From: Macrostomum hystrix
Taxonomy: Eukaryota > Animalia > Platyhelminthes
Reading direction: 5' to 3'
Length of the DNA: 64,000 nucleotides
NCBI GenBank assembly: GCA_950097015.1
Contig: CATNEN010000001.1
Span: forward strand, 19,964,001-20,028,000
The translations under genes were made by a program, and so were the position numbers. A model generated the notes under the pieces. That model ran no database searches. It worked only from the letters and a program-made list of their open reading frames with translations, and was not told the origin of the DNA. Of this stretch, positions 10,163-20,983 are shown piece by piece. The stretch's first letter is position 1; the number at the start of each line of letters is the position of its first letter.

Positions 10163-10823
10163 GATGGTTCTGATCTCAAGGTCCGAGTATGAAATGCTGA
10201 GGAGGAGTGCCAAGCCCATTGAGTCTGTGAGTGACACGGCCATAAAGCAGGCACAGATGAAATGCGATGATATCCTGTTGGCCCAAGACTGCCCAGATGA
10301 TTTGAAGACAGCCCTGTACCAGAGTGCAATGCAAAGCTTGCTGGCAAAGCGAAAGCAGACAGGAAAGGAAGCTGCATCAGAAGAGAAGAAAGCGAAGTTG
10401 ATGAAGGCTGAGATGCCTCAAAGAAGCTGGGAGGAAAAGATCTGCCAGTCAGTGCCACAGAAGCTCAAACCGAGGGCTCGGAGTCTATGGGCCATCCTAT
10501 CTGACAGCCAGTCTGCTATCCGGGTGTCCGATAATGGAGAGGTGAACATTTCTGGGAACTCGATTCCTAACTCAAACATTGTCGATTTGATTCTGCACAC
10601 AGTGAAGGACTCAAAAAGTTCTGGTCAGCCTGTTGGATGGCCCGCTTTCAGTGACTTGCTTCGCCAAAAAAATCTCAATGTGCCTATGTCAGCTGTTGGA
10701 AAATCTGTACATCAAGAAATTTTTGATACAATTGAAGATGCACAGCCTTCACTCAAAGGATTGGGCAACAGGTCTGCATGGCTGAGGTTGAACAGGGGGA
10801 GAAAACAGTATTTAAGAAAGTAA
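10146..10823 (+). CDS. Conserved Polinton/Maverick protein of unknown function
   Basis: GEV.ISG..IPNSNIVDLI...P.GW..F...L...NVP motif; C-terminal LKGLG putative protease site; homolog at 60913-61601. Confidence 0.7.
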   Translation: MHKFNEMVLISRSEYEMLRRSAKPIESVSDTAIKQAQMKCDDILLAQDCPDDLKTALYQSAMQSLLAKRKQTGKEAASEEKKAKLMKAEMPQRSWEEKICQSVPQKLKPRARSLWAILSDSQSAIRVSDNGEVNISGNSIPNSNIVDLILHTVKDSKSSGQPVGWPAFSDLLRQKNLNVPMSAVGKSVHQEIFDTIEDAQPSLKGLGNRSAWLRLNRGRKQYLRK

Positions 10824-10864
10824 CGATCATCGAATTATGCCGGTTTCGAGGCACTCGCTTGAGC

Positions 10865-11716
10865 ATGAACTACATAGACATTCAGGGCTTCCCGTGCGAT
10901 GGAGAGAAGGATGACTTCATCGTGAAGGAGTTGGCGATCCTTGAAGTCAGGAAAGGAAGCTATCACCTTTCACACCACGTGTACGCTCCACCGTATGATT
11001 GGCAGAGAGTTTCACCTGACATGCGAATGTACTACAAACAGCTTTCGAAAAATCTACATAAATTCAAGTGGACCGATGGAACCCGGCCATATTTGCAATT
11101 AGCTGACGACATTGTGAGCATTGGTAGCGGCGTCAACTGGACAAGCGGAGAGAAAAAATCGATTTTTCTAACTGAGTTGTTGGGCAGACTGGTCTACAAC
11201 TTAGACGATTTGGTCTCACATTCTAACAAAGACTCTGATACCGCATGTGCAGTGAGCAACTCATTGCTGTACTACAGCTGGCTGAAACCAACAGCTTGCA
11301 TCAACTTAAGAAGCGACAAGTGCTCATGGCATAGAAGCTCAAGCAATTGCAGTAGCAGCAGCAGCCAGACTTGCAATCAGAATGATGATCAAAGGCGCTG
11401 CAACCTTGAGAATCACCAACCTGGTTGGTGGAGTGGATCTGAGACTGACTGGAGGCAGAGGCGCCCAGCTTCCTCTAAGGGAGCTGGCTCTCAGCATGGC
11501 TTATGTGATCTACCGACCCGTGTGGCCCAGAGAGCTCATCAAGCAGATGCGGAATCCCAGAGTTACCCTACTGCTCTACCCTACTGGGCAACTGAGCATC
11601 TGTGGCGCAAAGAGCTACGCCGACTCGGTCAGGGCTGCCCGGCGCTTCGTCGCTATGCTGCATCGCCGAGTGCCGGCTCAGCTGCTGCCTCGTCAAGCTT
11701 TCGGTGTGAGGATTAA
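10865..11716 (+). CDS. DEDD/DnaQ-like nuclease-fold protein; C-terminal extension overlaps the TBP-like gene
   Basis: YIDIQGF...FIVKELAI...APPY....H...W..G..PY pattern typical of Maverick DEDD-like ORFs; ExoI motif reads DxQ rather than DxE. Confidence 0.65.
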   Translation: MNYIDIQGFPCDGEKDDFIVKELAILEVRKGSYHLSHHVYAPPYDWQRVSPDMRMYYKQLSKNLHKFKWTDGTRPYLQLADDIVSIGSGVNWTSGEKKSIFLTELLGRLVYNLDDLVSHSNKDSDTACAVSNSLLYYSWLKPTACINLRSDKCSWHRSSSNCSSSSSQTCNQNDDQRRCNLENHQPGWWSGSETDWRQRRPASSKGAGSQHGLCDLPTRVAQRAHQADAESQSYPTALPYWATEHLWRKELRRLGQGCPALRRYAASPSAGSAAASSSFRCED

Positions 11717-11957
11717 GACTATCACTGCGCATGGAAAACTTGCAATTCAAAATGTGCTAAATCTAACAAGTTTGTCACATCTGCTACCAAATGCTGAATA
11801 TGAACCCGAATCATTTTCTGCTTTAATTTTCAAATTACGATTTTGCAAGTGTCTGCTTTTTCACAGTGGCTCATTTGTTCTAAGCGGTGCTCGATCTTTG
11901 AATCAGCTACGAACCGACAGCATCCGTCTGCGCGAATTAGTTTTTTCTCTATTATAA
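11382..11957 (+). CDS. TATA-binding protein (TBP)-like protein encoded by the Polinton
   Basis: Two TBP repeats: ITNLVGGVDL...MRNPRVTLLLYPTGQLSICGAKS..DSVRAARRF and NAEYEPESFSALIFKL...LLFHSGSFVLSGARS (cf. TBP [34 protein letters not shown] / YEPELFPGLIY...LLIFVSGKVVLTGAK). Confidence 0.9.
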   Translation: MMIKGAATLRITNLVGGVDLRLTGGRGAQLPLRELALSMAYVIYRPVWPRELIKQMRNPRVTLLLYPTGQLSICGAKSYADSVRAARRFVAMLHRRVPAQLLPRQAFGVRIKTITAHGKLAIQNVLNLTSLSHLLPNAEYEPESFSALIFKLRFCKCLLFHSGSFVLSGARSLNQLRTDSIRLRELVFSLL

Positions 11958-12636
11958 AATATAATCGGAAAATAATTTATCACGCACTTTGTTTGTCGCC
12001 ATACGGTTGACAAAAACAACGTTAACTGGAGCTCAAACTTCTTCAAGATGTATTTATTACATTTATTATCCTCAACAAGTTGAATATGAAACAAAAAGAT
12101 TGAAAACCCAACCGTAATGTAACCGAACATGAAATTAATAAAAAAACATTTTAATACACAATTAAAGAAGCAAATGACGTTGAAAATGAGAAACCCCGGA
12201 TGCAAACATTTAGCCCATACTGAAAAAAAAACTGCCTATGACAACGCAGATAAAAAAAGCAACTAATTTGCATCCTTATCGAGATGAGGAAGGATGATCA
12301 CTAAGTTGATTTTACTTTAACGAGAGAATTAAAATTGTTACAGAGAAACGAGATTTTAATTAAAAAAATTAAAAATTAAAAAATAAGTTCAATTTATTTG
12401 TATCACGCGTTCTTCAAATGGAAACATTTGAAACAATTACTATTCAGATGCAACGCTGGCATGAATGAAAAAAGTAGTATTAGTAGTCTCCGAAACAAGA
12501 TCCAACATACTGAGCATGCTAGCAAATCTGAGCATTCCAGAAACAGAAAACTGTTTAAAATTTAAAAGTAAAAACGACAATTAAAAAAGCAACAATTGTC
12601 CACGACAACTTCTAGCCGTCACTACTTTTTATGAAG

Positions 12637-15600
12637 TTAACCAAACCTGATGCGCTTCTGCTGGCCATGGAAATCCTGGGTCAGAGCATAGTGGCCATAG
12701 GGAAGACTTCGATTGCTGCTCAGCCATACTCGCTTGTCTTCCCAAACTGAGAGGCTTCGCTTCTCCAATACTGATGTGTAAACGCTGTGCTTCTTTGAGA
12801 CAATTGTGGTCATGGCAACCGTCTGCTCCTGTTTCGAATTGAGCGCGGCAGCGTAGTCCGCATGAGTGATTTGAAGCTTCACAACAGATTGTTTCACGCC
12901 CTTGGCAGTTTTTTTGGCTTTCGCAGTTGAACTCTCAGCGGGAAGAAATGAATACAGCTTTGGCCGCAGCAGGACCCATTCTTGGTAGGTACCACCGCAG
13001 GATTCATCTTTGACGCAGCCAAGCTTGCCTTTCAGTTCCTCGGAGTAGTGCGGATGGTCTCGGGGATAGTTCGACGAATCAAGGATATTTTCCTCTCTGA
13101 GCTTCGGGATCACATGCGATGTGAGCTCGTGATTTCTGAAGGCGAGAAAAACGAGTCCGTGTCGCCACCGCATACCATCATGTCCTTGGAGCCGTCTGGT
13201 TCACAGAAAAGCGGCCGGAGCTTATCATACAGCAGGCTGTACATGCACATCTTCGACAAGTCGAGCACTGCCTGGCCGACGAAAATGGCCTTGTCAAGCT
13301 TTACTTTGTCTTTCCTGAACTGAAAGATGGATAGATTTTCATTTACAATAAAAAATCCGGTGCAATTTGGTCGAGAGGAATAAGTTTCAACTTGAGTAGC
13401 GCTTGTGTAGATGCGCACATCACACCGCTTGCGCACGTTCTCCATCGTCTTTCCGAACAAAGAATTGTTCTTTAGTTTGTAGAAATCCTTGCTAAAATCG
13501 GATGTTGCAAGTGCCCTCTTGCTATTATTGCTTGCAATGTACGAAGCAAATATTTTCTTCTGGTTGAATTCAATCATCTTGAGAATTGACTTGATCTTCA
13601 TTCCGTGCTGCAGGTAGAAGCGCAAGATGGTGCTGTGGACAATATAGCCATCCTTGTCCGAACAGGTCAGCAGAAGTTTCTCTGTTGCAGAGAACTTAAA
13701 ATCGACATTGCCTGAGCGCTGCTCCGCGATTTGCTTCCACAATTCCAGCATAAACGGTGAAAACTGGTCAACCTGCGGCTTAGATTTCCTTGGCGCAAAA
13801 GGTAATTCCTCTGTCACATCATGAATATCGGCTGGATATTCAAGGTCAACCTGCACGAGATAGGCTACTTCAGCTTCAGGATCGAGAGATATGAACTTTT
13901 TGGCGTCCCAAGACTGCAGTTCCTTTTCTGTCACCCACCTGAATCCGCTGCATGGAAGCGATTGAGAAAGTGCGTGTCCGTACAAGTTGTTCATGTCAAT
14001 CGGCATGAGACTCACGCAGTCCTGCTGCTCATCATAGTCAGGCAAACTTTGGTTGTTTGCTTTAACATGGTGCACATTAACGAAAGACATGCCACCTCTA
14101 ATGCCTTGTTCGAATAAATGGTACATGTCAGGGTCTGTTAGCTGTTCGAGCACAACACCAGTTGATTTGAGAGCAGAGTCGTAAGACAGACCAGGTGTAG
14201 TTAGATAGTGCACTGGATCGAGCCCATCTTCAGATAGACTGGCGTGACGAAATGCCTCAAAAATGTCTGCTAACTGGCGCACATCCATTTCCAGGTAGGC
14301 TAGCATGTAGTCTCGCAGACTACGACATTCGAATGCGGCCCATGCTGCCTTTGCTCGATGGTATTCCTCATCAGAAATCGCACAGTCGGTAAGACGGTTG
14401 AAAAATGCATTTTTCGGTGGCAGACTAGTCTGTTCAAGAATGTTGAACTCGGTCAGGAAATCATACGGAAAGACTCCCTTTTGGCGAATAATGTCTTTTG
14501 AAAGCAGAGGCCTAGACTCTAGCAGCTGCAGAGTCAGTTTACAGTCGTTCTCTGAAAGATTGGAAAACAAATTTGCCAAACTTCCCTTTAGAAAGCAGAG
14601 AATCGATGAACTGAATGGTAAACATTAGTGGCAGTGTCTTCCCGTTTTTTGTGTAGGTGCCAACAGGAAACTCCACCCGAAGTGATAGATAGCGCTCCGA
14701 AGTCTGTGGGACAACATTGAGTTTCCAATTTGGCATGCTACCAAGTGCGGTAGAAAGAAGAAGATGCAAATCGTAACCGCCCAAATTGTGAAAAATGACA
14801 GGCAAAAACCTGCGACGAAGCTGAGCCCGCATGTTGCACTCCTGGCACGCGGCTCCTTTGAACTGCCCCGTCAGGTGATCATGGTCAAAATGTTTGTCAG
14901 CGGAACTGCTGAACTCAGATTGACAGTTGTGGCATGATGTGGCGTCATTGAAATCTTTCATGTCCGTTAGAGAAGATTTATCCGCTGCTTGGTGACTGTG
15001 CACCCGGTTCCACTGAAAGATTTCCCTGGAAAGCTTTTCAAGGGAACTGAGAAAAGCAAGGATGCACTCCTTGGGATCAGCATTGCAAAATGATTGGTAC
15101 ATGTCTGCTTTAGGACGAAGTTCAGGCCCCTTCATGTACGCTCTGGAAACCACTAAGTAGGCTGCTGCACATGGCTCATGTTGAGCGATCAGATCGGCAG
15201 AGTCTGGTTTTTGTTTCAAAATGGCTTCCAGGTCGGCATAGGTCACAAATGGTGGACTGATTGTCTTCTGAAATTCCTTGAACTTGATTTCGTTTGCTCC
15301 AGGAACAGGAAGGACTTCCTTGATGGGATTTTCAGAAGCGATTTGGCATTCTCTGCTGTGCTCTAGAAGTCTCTCGCTGCAGTAGAATGAGGTCAAGCAT
15401 CTGGTGCACCACTTTCTCATGGCAAGGCCGGCGCGGCTGTTCATCAGCCTGTCAAAGTTATTAATTGCACACCAGTGCTCTAATCCATAGCTGCCGCTGA
15501 CCAACAGAAGCATTAGATGAGTTCGACCTCCTGGCTCATGCTTGAGACGACGGAGCAAGCTCACGTTACCTCGCTGCCATAGAAATGCAGAAATGCAAAT

Positions 15601-16326
15601 TCCTGGATTGCTAGACTCAACGAGATCAATGTCAGCGACACTGACGGGCATGGAGATTCCAGCGAAGTCAAGCTCGTTCAATCATTCATCGTAAGACGAC
15701 AGTCTGCCAGGCGATTTTTTTATCTTTGGATCGGCACTGTGCAATGCGGCAAGACAGGCGTACATGAAGCAGTCGTTGCCGGTACTTGGCGGATTGACGA
15801 CAGCTTTCTTGTTTTTCAGACTGGCTGGGAGGTTAAATCTGGATGTTCTACCCTGGCGGAATCGAATCGGATTGTACCTAGCTAGATGTATATCCAGGAA
15901 GTTTATCTGAGTTAGTGTCCAACCACTACCATTCGTGTTCAACATGCTAACACTCTCACTTCTGGGTGCCCTTGGTCTAATAATGCCATTGATCACCTGA
16001 CTCAGTACATTGGACCGTTGCTTAGCAGCGACCACCTCAGTAGCCTGTTGCTTTGCCGCAGCCATAACTAATCGGCGGAAAGAGCGCGCTGCTTCTTCGT
16101 TGCCAGGCAGCAGCTGATGCCCGCGGTGCCGATTGATCTTGGAGTTTTTTGAGCATTTGCCAAGTCCACGGAAAGGATCTATTTCGGAGCACTGCCAGCA
16201 GACTGTCCATCTTGAAAGATTGGTGCATCTTGAATGCCGGTCGGCCTGCAGTCCTCCTTGCTTGCACTTCTTGCAGTCAGTGCACACCTCATAGTGCCAA
16301 GTGGATGCCATTATATTTATTTTCAA
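12637..16326 (-). pseudogene. Protein-primed family B DNA polymerase (pPolB) with vOTU-like and HNH/EndoVII-like domains; one in-frame stop (15682-15684) and two frameshifts (~14580, ~13145)
   Basis: GSGW, AVVNP...NDCF, DHDHLTGQFKGAACQECN, VIFHNLGGYD, FIDS, KGVFPY, GIRGGMS, DMNNLYG, KLKNNSLFGKTMENVRKR, GDTDS, LRPKLYS, AKGV, DKR, LPYGH. Confidence 0.95.
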
Positions 16327-16914
16327 AAATTAATTTTTGCTTGTTAAACTAGACTAATAAATCGCAGCAGAAGCGTTGGATTTGGGTGCTTATGTACCCA
16401 GACCACTGCCCTGGTTTGCAATACAGACCCATTTCCCATGCAGCATTTTGATCAACGGTCAGCGTTATCTATTCCCGGCTTCCATATTATTGAGCGGTCA
16501 GTGTGAGCATGGGGTTTGTGGATTTTATGACTGTCTCGCGCAGACCTCGACCACTAATTCAGTTTACAACTTAATTGGGGCGCACAAGCAGGTAGGCAAC
16601 CACGGCTGAACCTAGCAACAGCTCCTTAACTTGGAGGTGTGGGCTTATTGTTCAGTTTCCTTTTCACAAATAGCAGGCCTTGTTTTCAATTAGGCTAAAT
16701 AGATCCAACCTTATGCAGAAGCGTAGCAAATGCTATTTGTTAAGAATTCGCGAACAAATGCATAATAGAGATTAGTAAAAACTTTGCAGCACTATTTCCA
16801 ATAGCTTTTGTGAGCATATTCTACCCACTCTGTTCACTTTTTCTCTGAATACGACCCATATATTCCCAGTGACAATAAGTTATGTTAGTCTGCCTCCCTT
16901 CACTCTTTAATATC

Positions 16915-17035
16915 TCTGCAAGTGCGGCAGTGTCATAGGCACAGCAATGGGCTCCTGCACTTTCTGTGCAAGTGCGGCAGTGTCATAGGCAAAGCAATGG
17001 GCTCCTGCACTTTCTGTGCAAGTGCGGCAGTGTCG
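16915..17035. repeat. 50-bp subterminal tandem repeat related to the TIR-internal repeat
   Basis: AGTGCGGCAGTGTC recurs at 16921, 16971, 17021; shares GCGGCAGTGTCATA..CACAG.AATGGGCTCCTGCAC with the TIR units. Confidence 0.8.
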
Positions 17036-17084
17036 TAACATCCCATACATCTGATTATGATTCGGTAAGCCTTAACCATTTAGC

Positions 17085-17818
17085 ATTTGCTGTGCCAAGT
17101 GATAGGCGGAACCTCTCTTCCTATCCCTGCAGTGTTAACCCACCCCCAATGCAAAGAGAGAGATAGACCAGCAAGGCAGGACCTTGCAATGACCTGTATC
17201 ACAGACATCAAGGTAGCATTTAACGTTCTCTCAGTGCAGCTGCTTGGAGGTTAAATGGGCCAGCGCCAGCGAGTTCCGTTTGTCAGAGGCAGAGTGACCA
17301 AGAAAATTAAAGGCTAATTAAAATGTGGGGGCTTCGCCCCCACACCCCCACACCCCCTCTACTCCTATCTCTGCTGTGTTAATCACCCAGCGCAAAGAGA
17401 TAGGCCGGCCTCTCTTCCTATCCCTGCAGTGTTAATCCATCCCTAATGCACAGAGATAGGCCAGCCATTTCTCTTATCTCTGCAGTGCATTCGTTTCCTT
17501 CCTATCATTTTACATTGCTTTCCTATCTCCCCAGTGCTAATGCGGCAGTGTCATAAGCACAGTAATGGGCTCCTGCACAAACCCACCTGATTGGCCTGCA
17601 TATCTCCACTGTGTAGGCCCCGCTCCTATCCTTTTACATTGCTTTCCTATCTCCCCAGTGCTAATGCGGCAGTGTCATAAGCACAGTAATGGGCTCCTGC
17701 ACAAACCCACCTGATTGGCCTGCATATCTCCACTGTGTAAGCCCCGCTCCTATCCTTTTACATTGCTTTCCTATCTCCCCAGTGCTAATGCGGCAGTGTC
17801 ATAATTCGCCCTACTACT
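17085..17818 (-). repeat. Polinton right TIR
   Basis: Reverse complement of 3279-4012, ends CTACTACT followed by TSD TCTTGA. Confidence 0.95.
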
Positions 17819-17833
17819 TCTTGACTCTGACTA

Positions 17834-17959
17834 TGTCAGTACTATATGGCTGTCGTCGGTGTCCCAATAGATTTGAGCACAGTTTATCGAGTCGGATTCA
17901 ATTGAAAATCAATCTAGAAATGATTTCCTACACGACTGAGTTGGCTTCATGATTTCAAA
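17834..17959 (+). repeat. Dispersed ~170-bp repeat, copy B
   Basis: Matches 26794-26920 and 3147-3225. Confidence 0.85.
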
Positions 17960-19414
17960 CTAACATTTCTGCTAACAGTAGACTTTGAGGATATGCCCCG
18001 AATTTTATTTACCTCCCGTCGACCCCCCACCCCAACCCGCGCCCCACACTGGTGGGCCACCAGTGCGCCGCCTGGCCAAACTATACGCCCTCCCACCAGT
18101 GACCGGTGGGTGGGCGTATAGTGGGGCGTACAGCGGGGCGCTGGTGGGAGGGCGCGGGTTGGGCGCGGTTGTCCCACCGGGGGGCCTCGTTTGAACCGCT
18201 GCTGCTGCTGCTGGCCAGTGGTCTCCTCACTTGCGTGCCCGCCTCTGTGGTGTCAGGCACCGCCTGTATAGCTGCACATCGCCTTTTTTCGAAGGTCCGC
18301 GCGTACTTACGGCAGGACGCTTAGCGGGCTGCTGTAAAAGGGTTAACGAGGGCATAAAATGTCGGTGCCAATTCGGCGAGTGCTGACCCAATGAAAAGGT
18401 CGCACTTTGACCAAATTGGCTCCTCAAGATTTCAATTCGCCTGCTTACCTCTGTCGGCTCCTTAAGCTTCCGTACGACGCCCATTATGCGTGGGCGTCGC
18501 CTTAATTTGTTCCTCTGGCATTATGTTTCCTTGTTATTCATTCTCTTCCTTTATTCTTAATCGTTATGAGATCAATTCTTAGTACTTTAATGTAACTCCC
18601 CAGTTGGGTCGTTACGGCCATAAACTTATTTTACGTTACAGTTCTTTCCTCGAAGATTCTTAAGGACCCCACGCAGACCCATTCTTTCTTTTCAAGCCTC
18701 GAGAAATAAAGTGACTAAGAAAGGAACTGACTAATTCATAGTTCGCTACATCGTATTCTCTTTGGGGGTCTTCTAGCCCTATTCGGAGAGGAGGAATCAT
18801 TGAAACATTGCAGGTAGTGATGTGGAGTGTGCTGCGGGAATCGAGTGGGAATGTGAGCCAGCGGAATTTTTCAAATTTTTAGGCAATCATTAATCGTGAC
18901 CCACCTAGCAGCTGGCCACAAACAAGGTCATTAATCTTAGGGCCGGGTTTTGGGCGGCGGTGAATTAAGTAGCCGTCGAATCCCTTTTCCCTGGATCTGT
19001 CTAGACCCCTGTAGGAATGACTGATTGCGGCCATAGCTTTTATTGTATGAGTAGTTTAGGTCATAATTCCCCTCCAAACCGCGATCAGATATTGGGAATC
19101 ACTCGGGCATTATGAGTGATCATTAATTCTTCATGTCCCCACTTCTTTACAGTCTTCGAGCCCAGCTCGACTTTATGACCTCCTCTCTTAAATACATGCA
19201 AATGTCACTGTAGGCAGGTCGGCGCCTGCGCTTCCCATTGTCCTGGCGGAGTAACAATTATTGGCCGACTGTCGGTGGCTGCTCGTGAAGGAGCATCTGA
19301 CGTTTCTCGCCGCTGGTTCATTGGGTAATCGGGGTGGCCATCGCCGCTTCGATTCCTCGATGACAGGCTGGCGCGAATGTGGGTTATTTTGATGAATTTC
19401 GAGGTTGGCGTGCT

Positions 19415-20702
19415 CACCCGTGTTTACAGCCTTAGAGCCTTTACGATCATGACAGTAACGCCGCCTATTTGGCTCAGCGAACATGATCGATGATCAAAGA
19501 TCATGTTCGCTATAGCCAATTAGGCTTTATAATGTATTTAGATACAGCACTTCCGATGGCTCAAGATATGGCAGCGTTTTAAATAGGGAATTTTTTATAT
19601 AATGGGAAATAGGAACGGAATTTTTCCAGTTAAAGCTAGGTAGTATTAGTAAAAAGGGACGAATTAGAGCTTTGAAAGAATTGTTCTAATAATTTGCTAA
19701 TCATGTTCTAATCATGCAGTAGAAGATGGCAGCTTTTTAAATAGAATATTTAGCTATAAAGTTGATTGCCAATTGCCAAGTATTTGACAGGTTGCTAAAT
19801 GGGTAGATGCATGCCTATCAGTAAAATTGTCTACACACTCTATGAAGAAAGTTATCAGCTATTTTGATAAAAAACACTAAATAGCCTTTGCAATTGATTC
19901 TTTTTTATAATTCAAATATACAACCCATTTAACTGGAATGTTCCATAAATAAGTTTTGAATTGTGGTTTCATTAGGCCTACCATTTACCAAATTTTCCAT
20001 GTGCTACAATTGCTAGGACAGGACACTCGATTAGCTAAAAGTAGTAGGCCTAGCTAAAAAGTTTCAAACTTCTTAGGCATTTGATATAGAAATGCAAGTT
20101 TTATGGAACTTTTTTAATTCAAAAATATCATACTTGCTTTTTAGCTATTAAAGTAACCAAGCATTTCATTTTTAGTATATAAGAAGATGCTATAGTATAG
20201 GCCTATTGTTTTTCCCCACAAAAAATCTTAGCCTTATGATTTTATGCAAATGTATATAAATATATATTCAATGTATTAATTAGCCATGTTGTTTCTTATT
20301 GATACAAAAGTTTATTTAATAGCTAGGCCTAAGTACATAATTATTACTAATTAAGTAATTATTGACTTATTTAATTTTCAAGATTAGAAATTTTTATAAG
20401 CTCAGGTTTATAAAGTAGTTATAAAGTAGCAGGTTTATAAAGTTTTTATACTAGCTATTCCTACTGTTTTTCATTCTTAAAAATATTTAATATATTAGTT
20501 TTGTATAATGCTCTTTTCTTTTATTAATTAGCTACTTAGTAAGAGCTTTAGCCGCCCATTTGAGCCCTTTTAAGTTTAGGGATCAATAGCAAAGCTTTAG
20601 TTTAGAAAAGGCAGTGAAGCTTAAAAAAATAGGGACTTTTTGTGTAAAGCAGCATGGCTTCAGGGCATGCAGCGGAGCTTCAGAGCGGAGCTTCAGGGCA
20701 GG
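19415..20702 (+). repeat. KDZ element left TIR
   Basis: Reverse complement of 32970-34257, colinear with no net indel (19415 pairs with 34257; 20641 pairs with 33031). Confidence 0.95.
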
Positions 20703-20855
20703 TGGCGGAGCTTCATGGTAGGCAGCCGAGCTTCAGGGCAGGTGGCGGAGCTTTAGGGCAGGTGGCGGAGCTTCATGGTAGGCAGCCGAGCTTCAGGGCA
20801 GGCAGCAGAGCTACAGGGCAGGCAGTGGAGCTTCAGGGTAGGCAGCCGAGCTACA
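20655..20855 (+). repeat. 21-bp subterminal tandem repeat (GGCAGGCAGCGGAGCTTCAG-like), short array
   Basis: About 9 units, inverted relative to 32050-33020. Confidence 0.9.
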
Positions 20856-20983
20856 TATTGGAAAAGCTGGTACTTTATGTTTAATATTCTTTTTTAACAA
20901 ATTCCTTGTTCTATGGAGATTTAATCCTAGGCCTCATGTTAATTTCAAGTAATTTTTGTTTCTGTATATTCTAACTTTAGAAA

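Larger units (their letters stand above)
3279..17818. mobile_element. Polinton/Maverick (adintovirus-like endogenous virus), full length, coding-defective
   Basis: Termini AGTAGTAG...CTACTACT, ~734 bp TIRs, 6-bp TSD TCTTGA (3273-3278 and 17819-17824); encodes rve integrase, capsids, protease, ATPase and pPolB. Confidence 0.97.
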
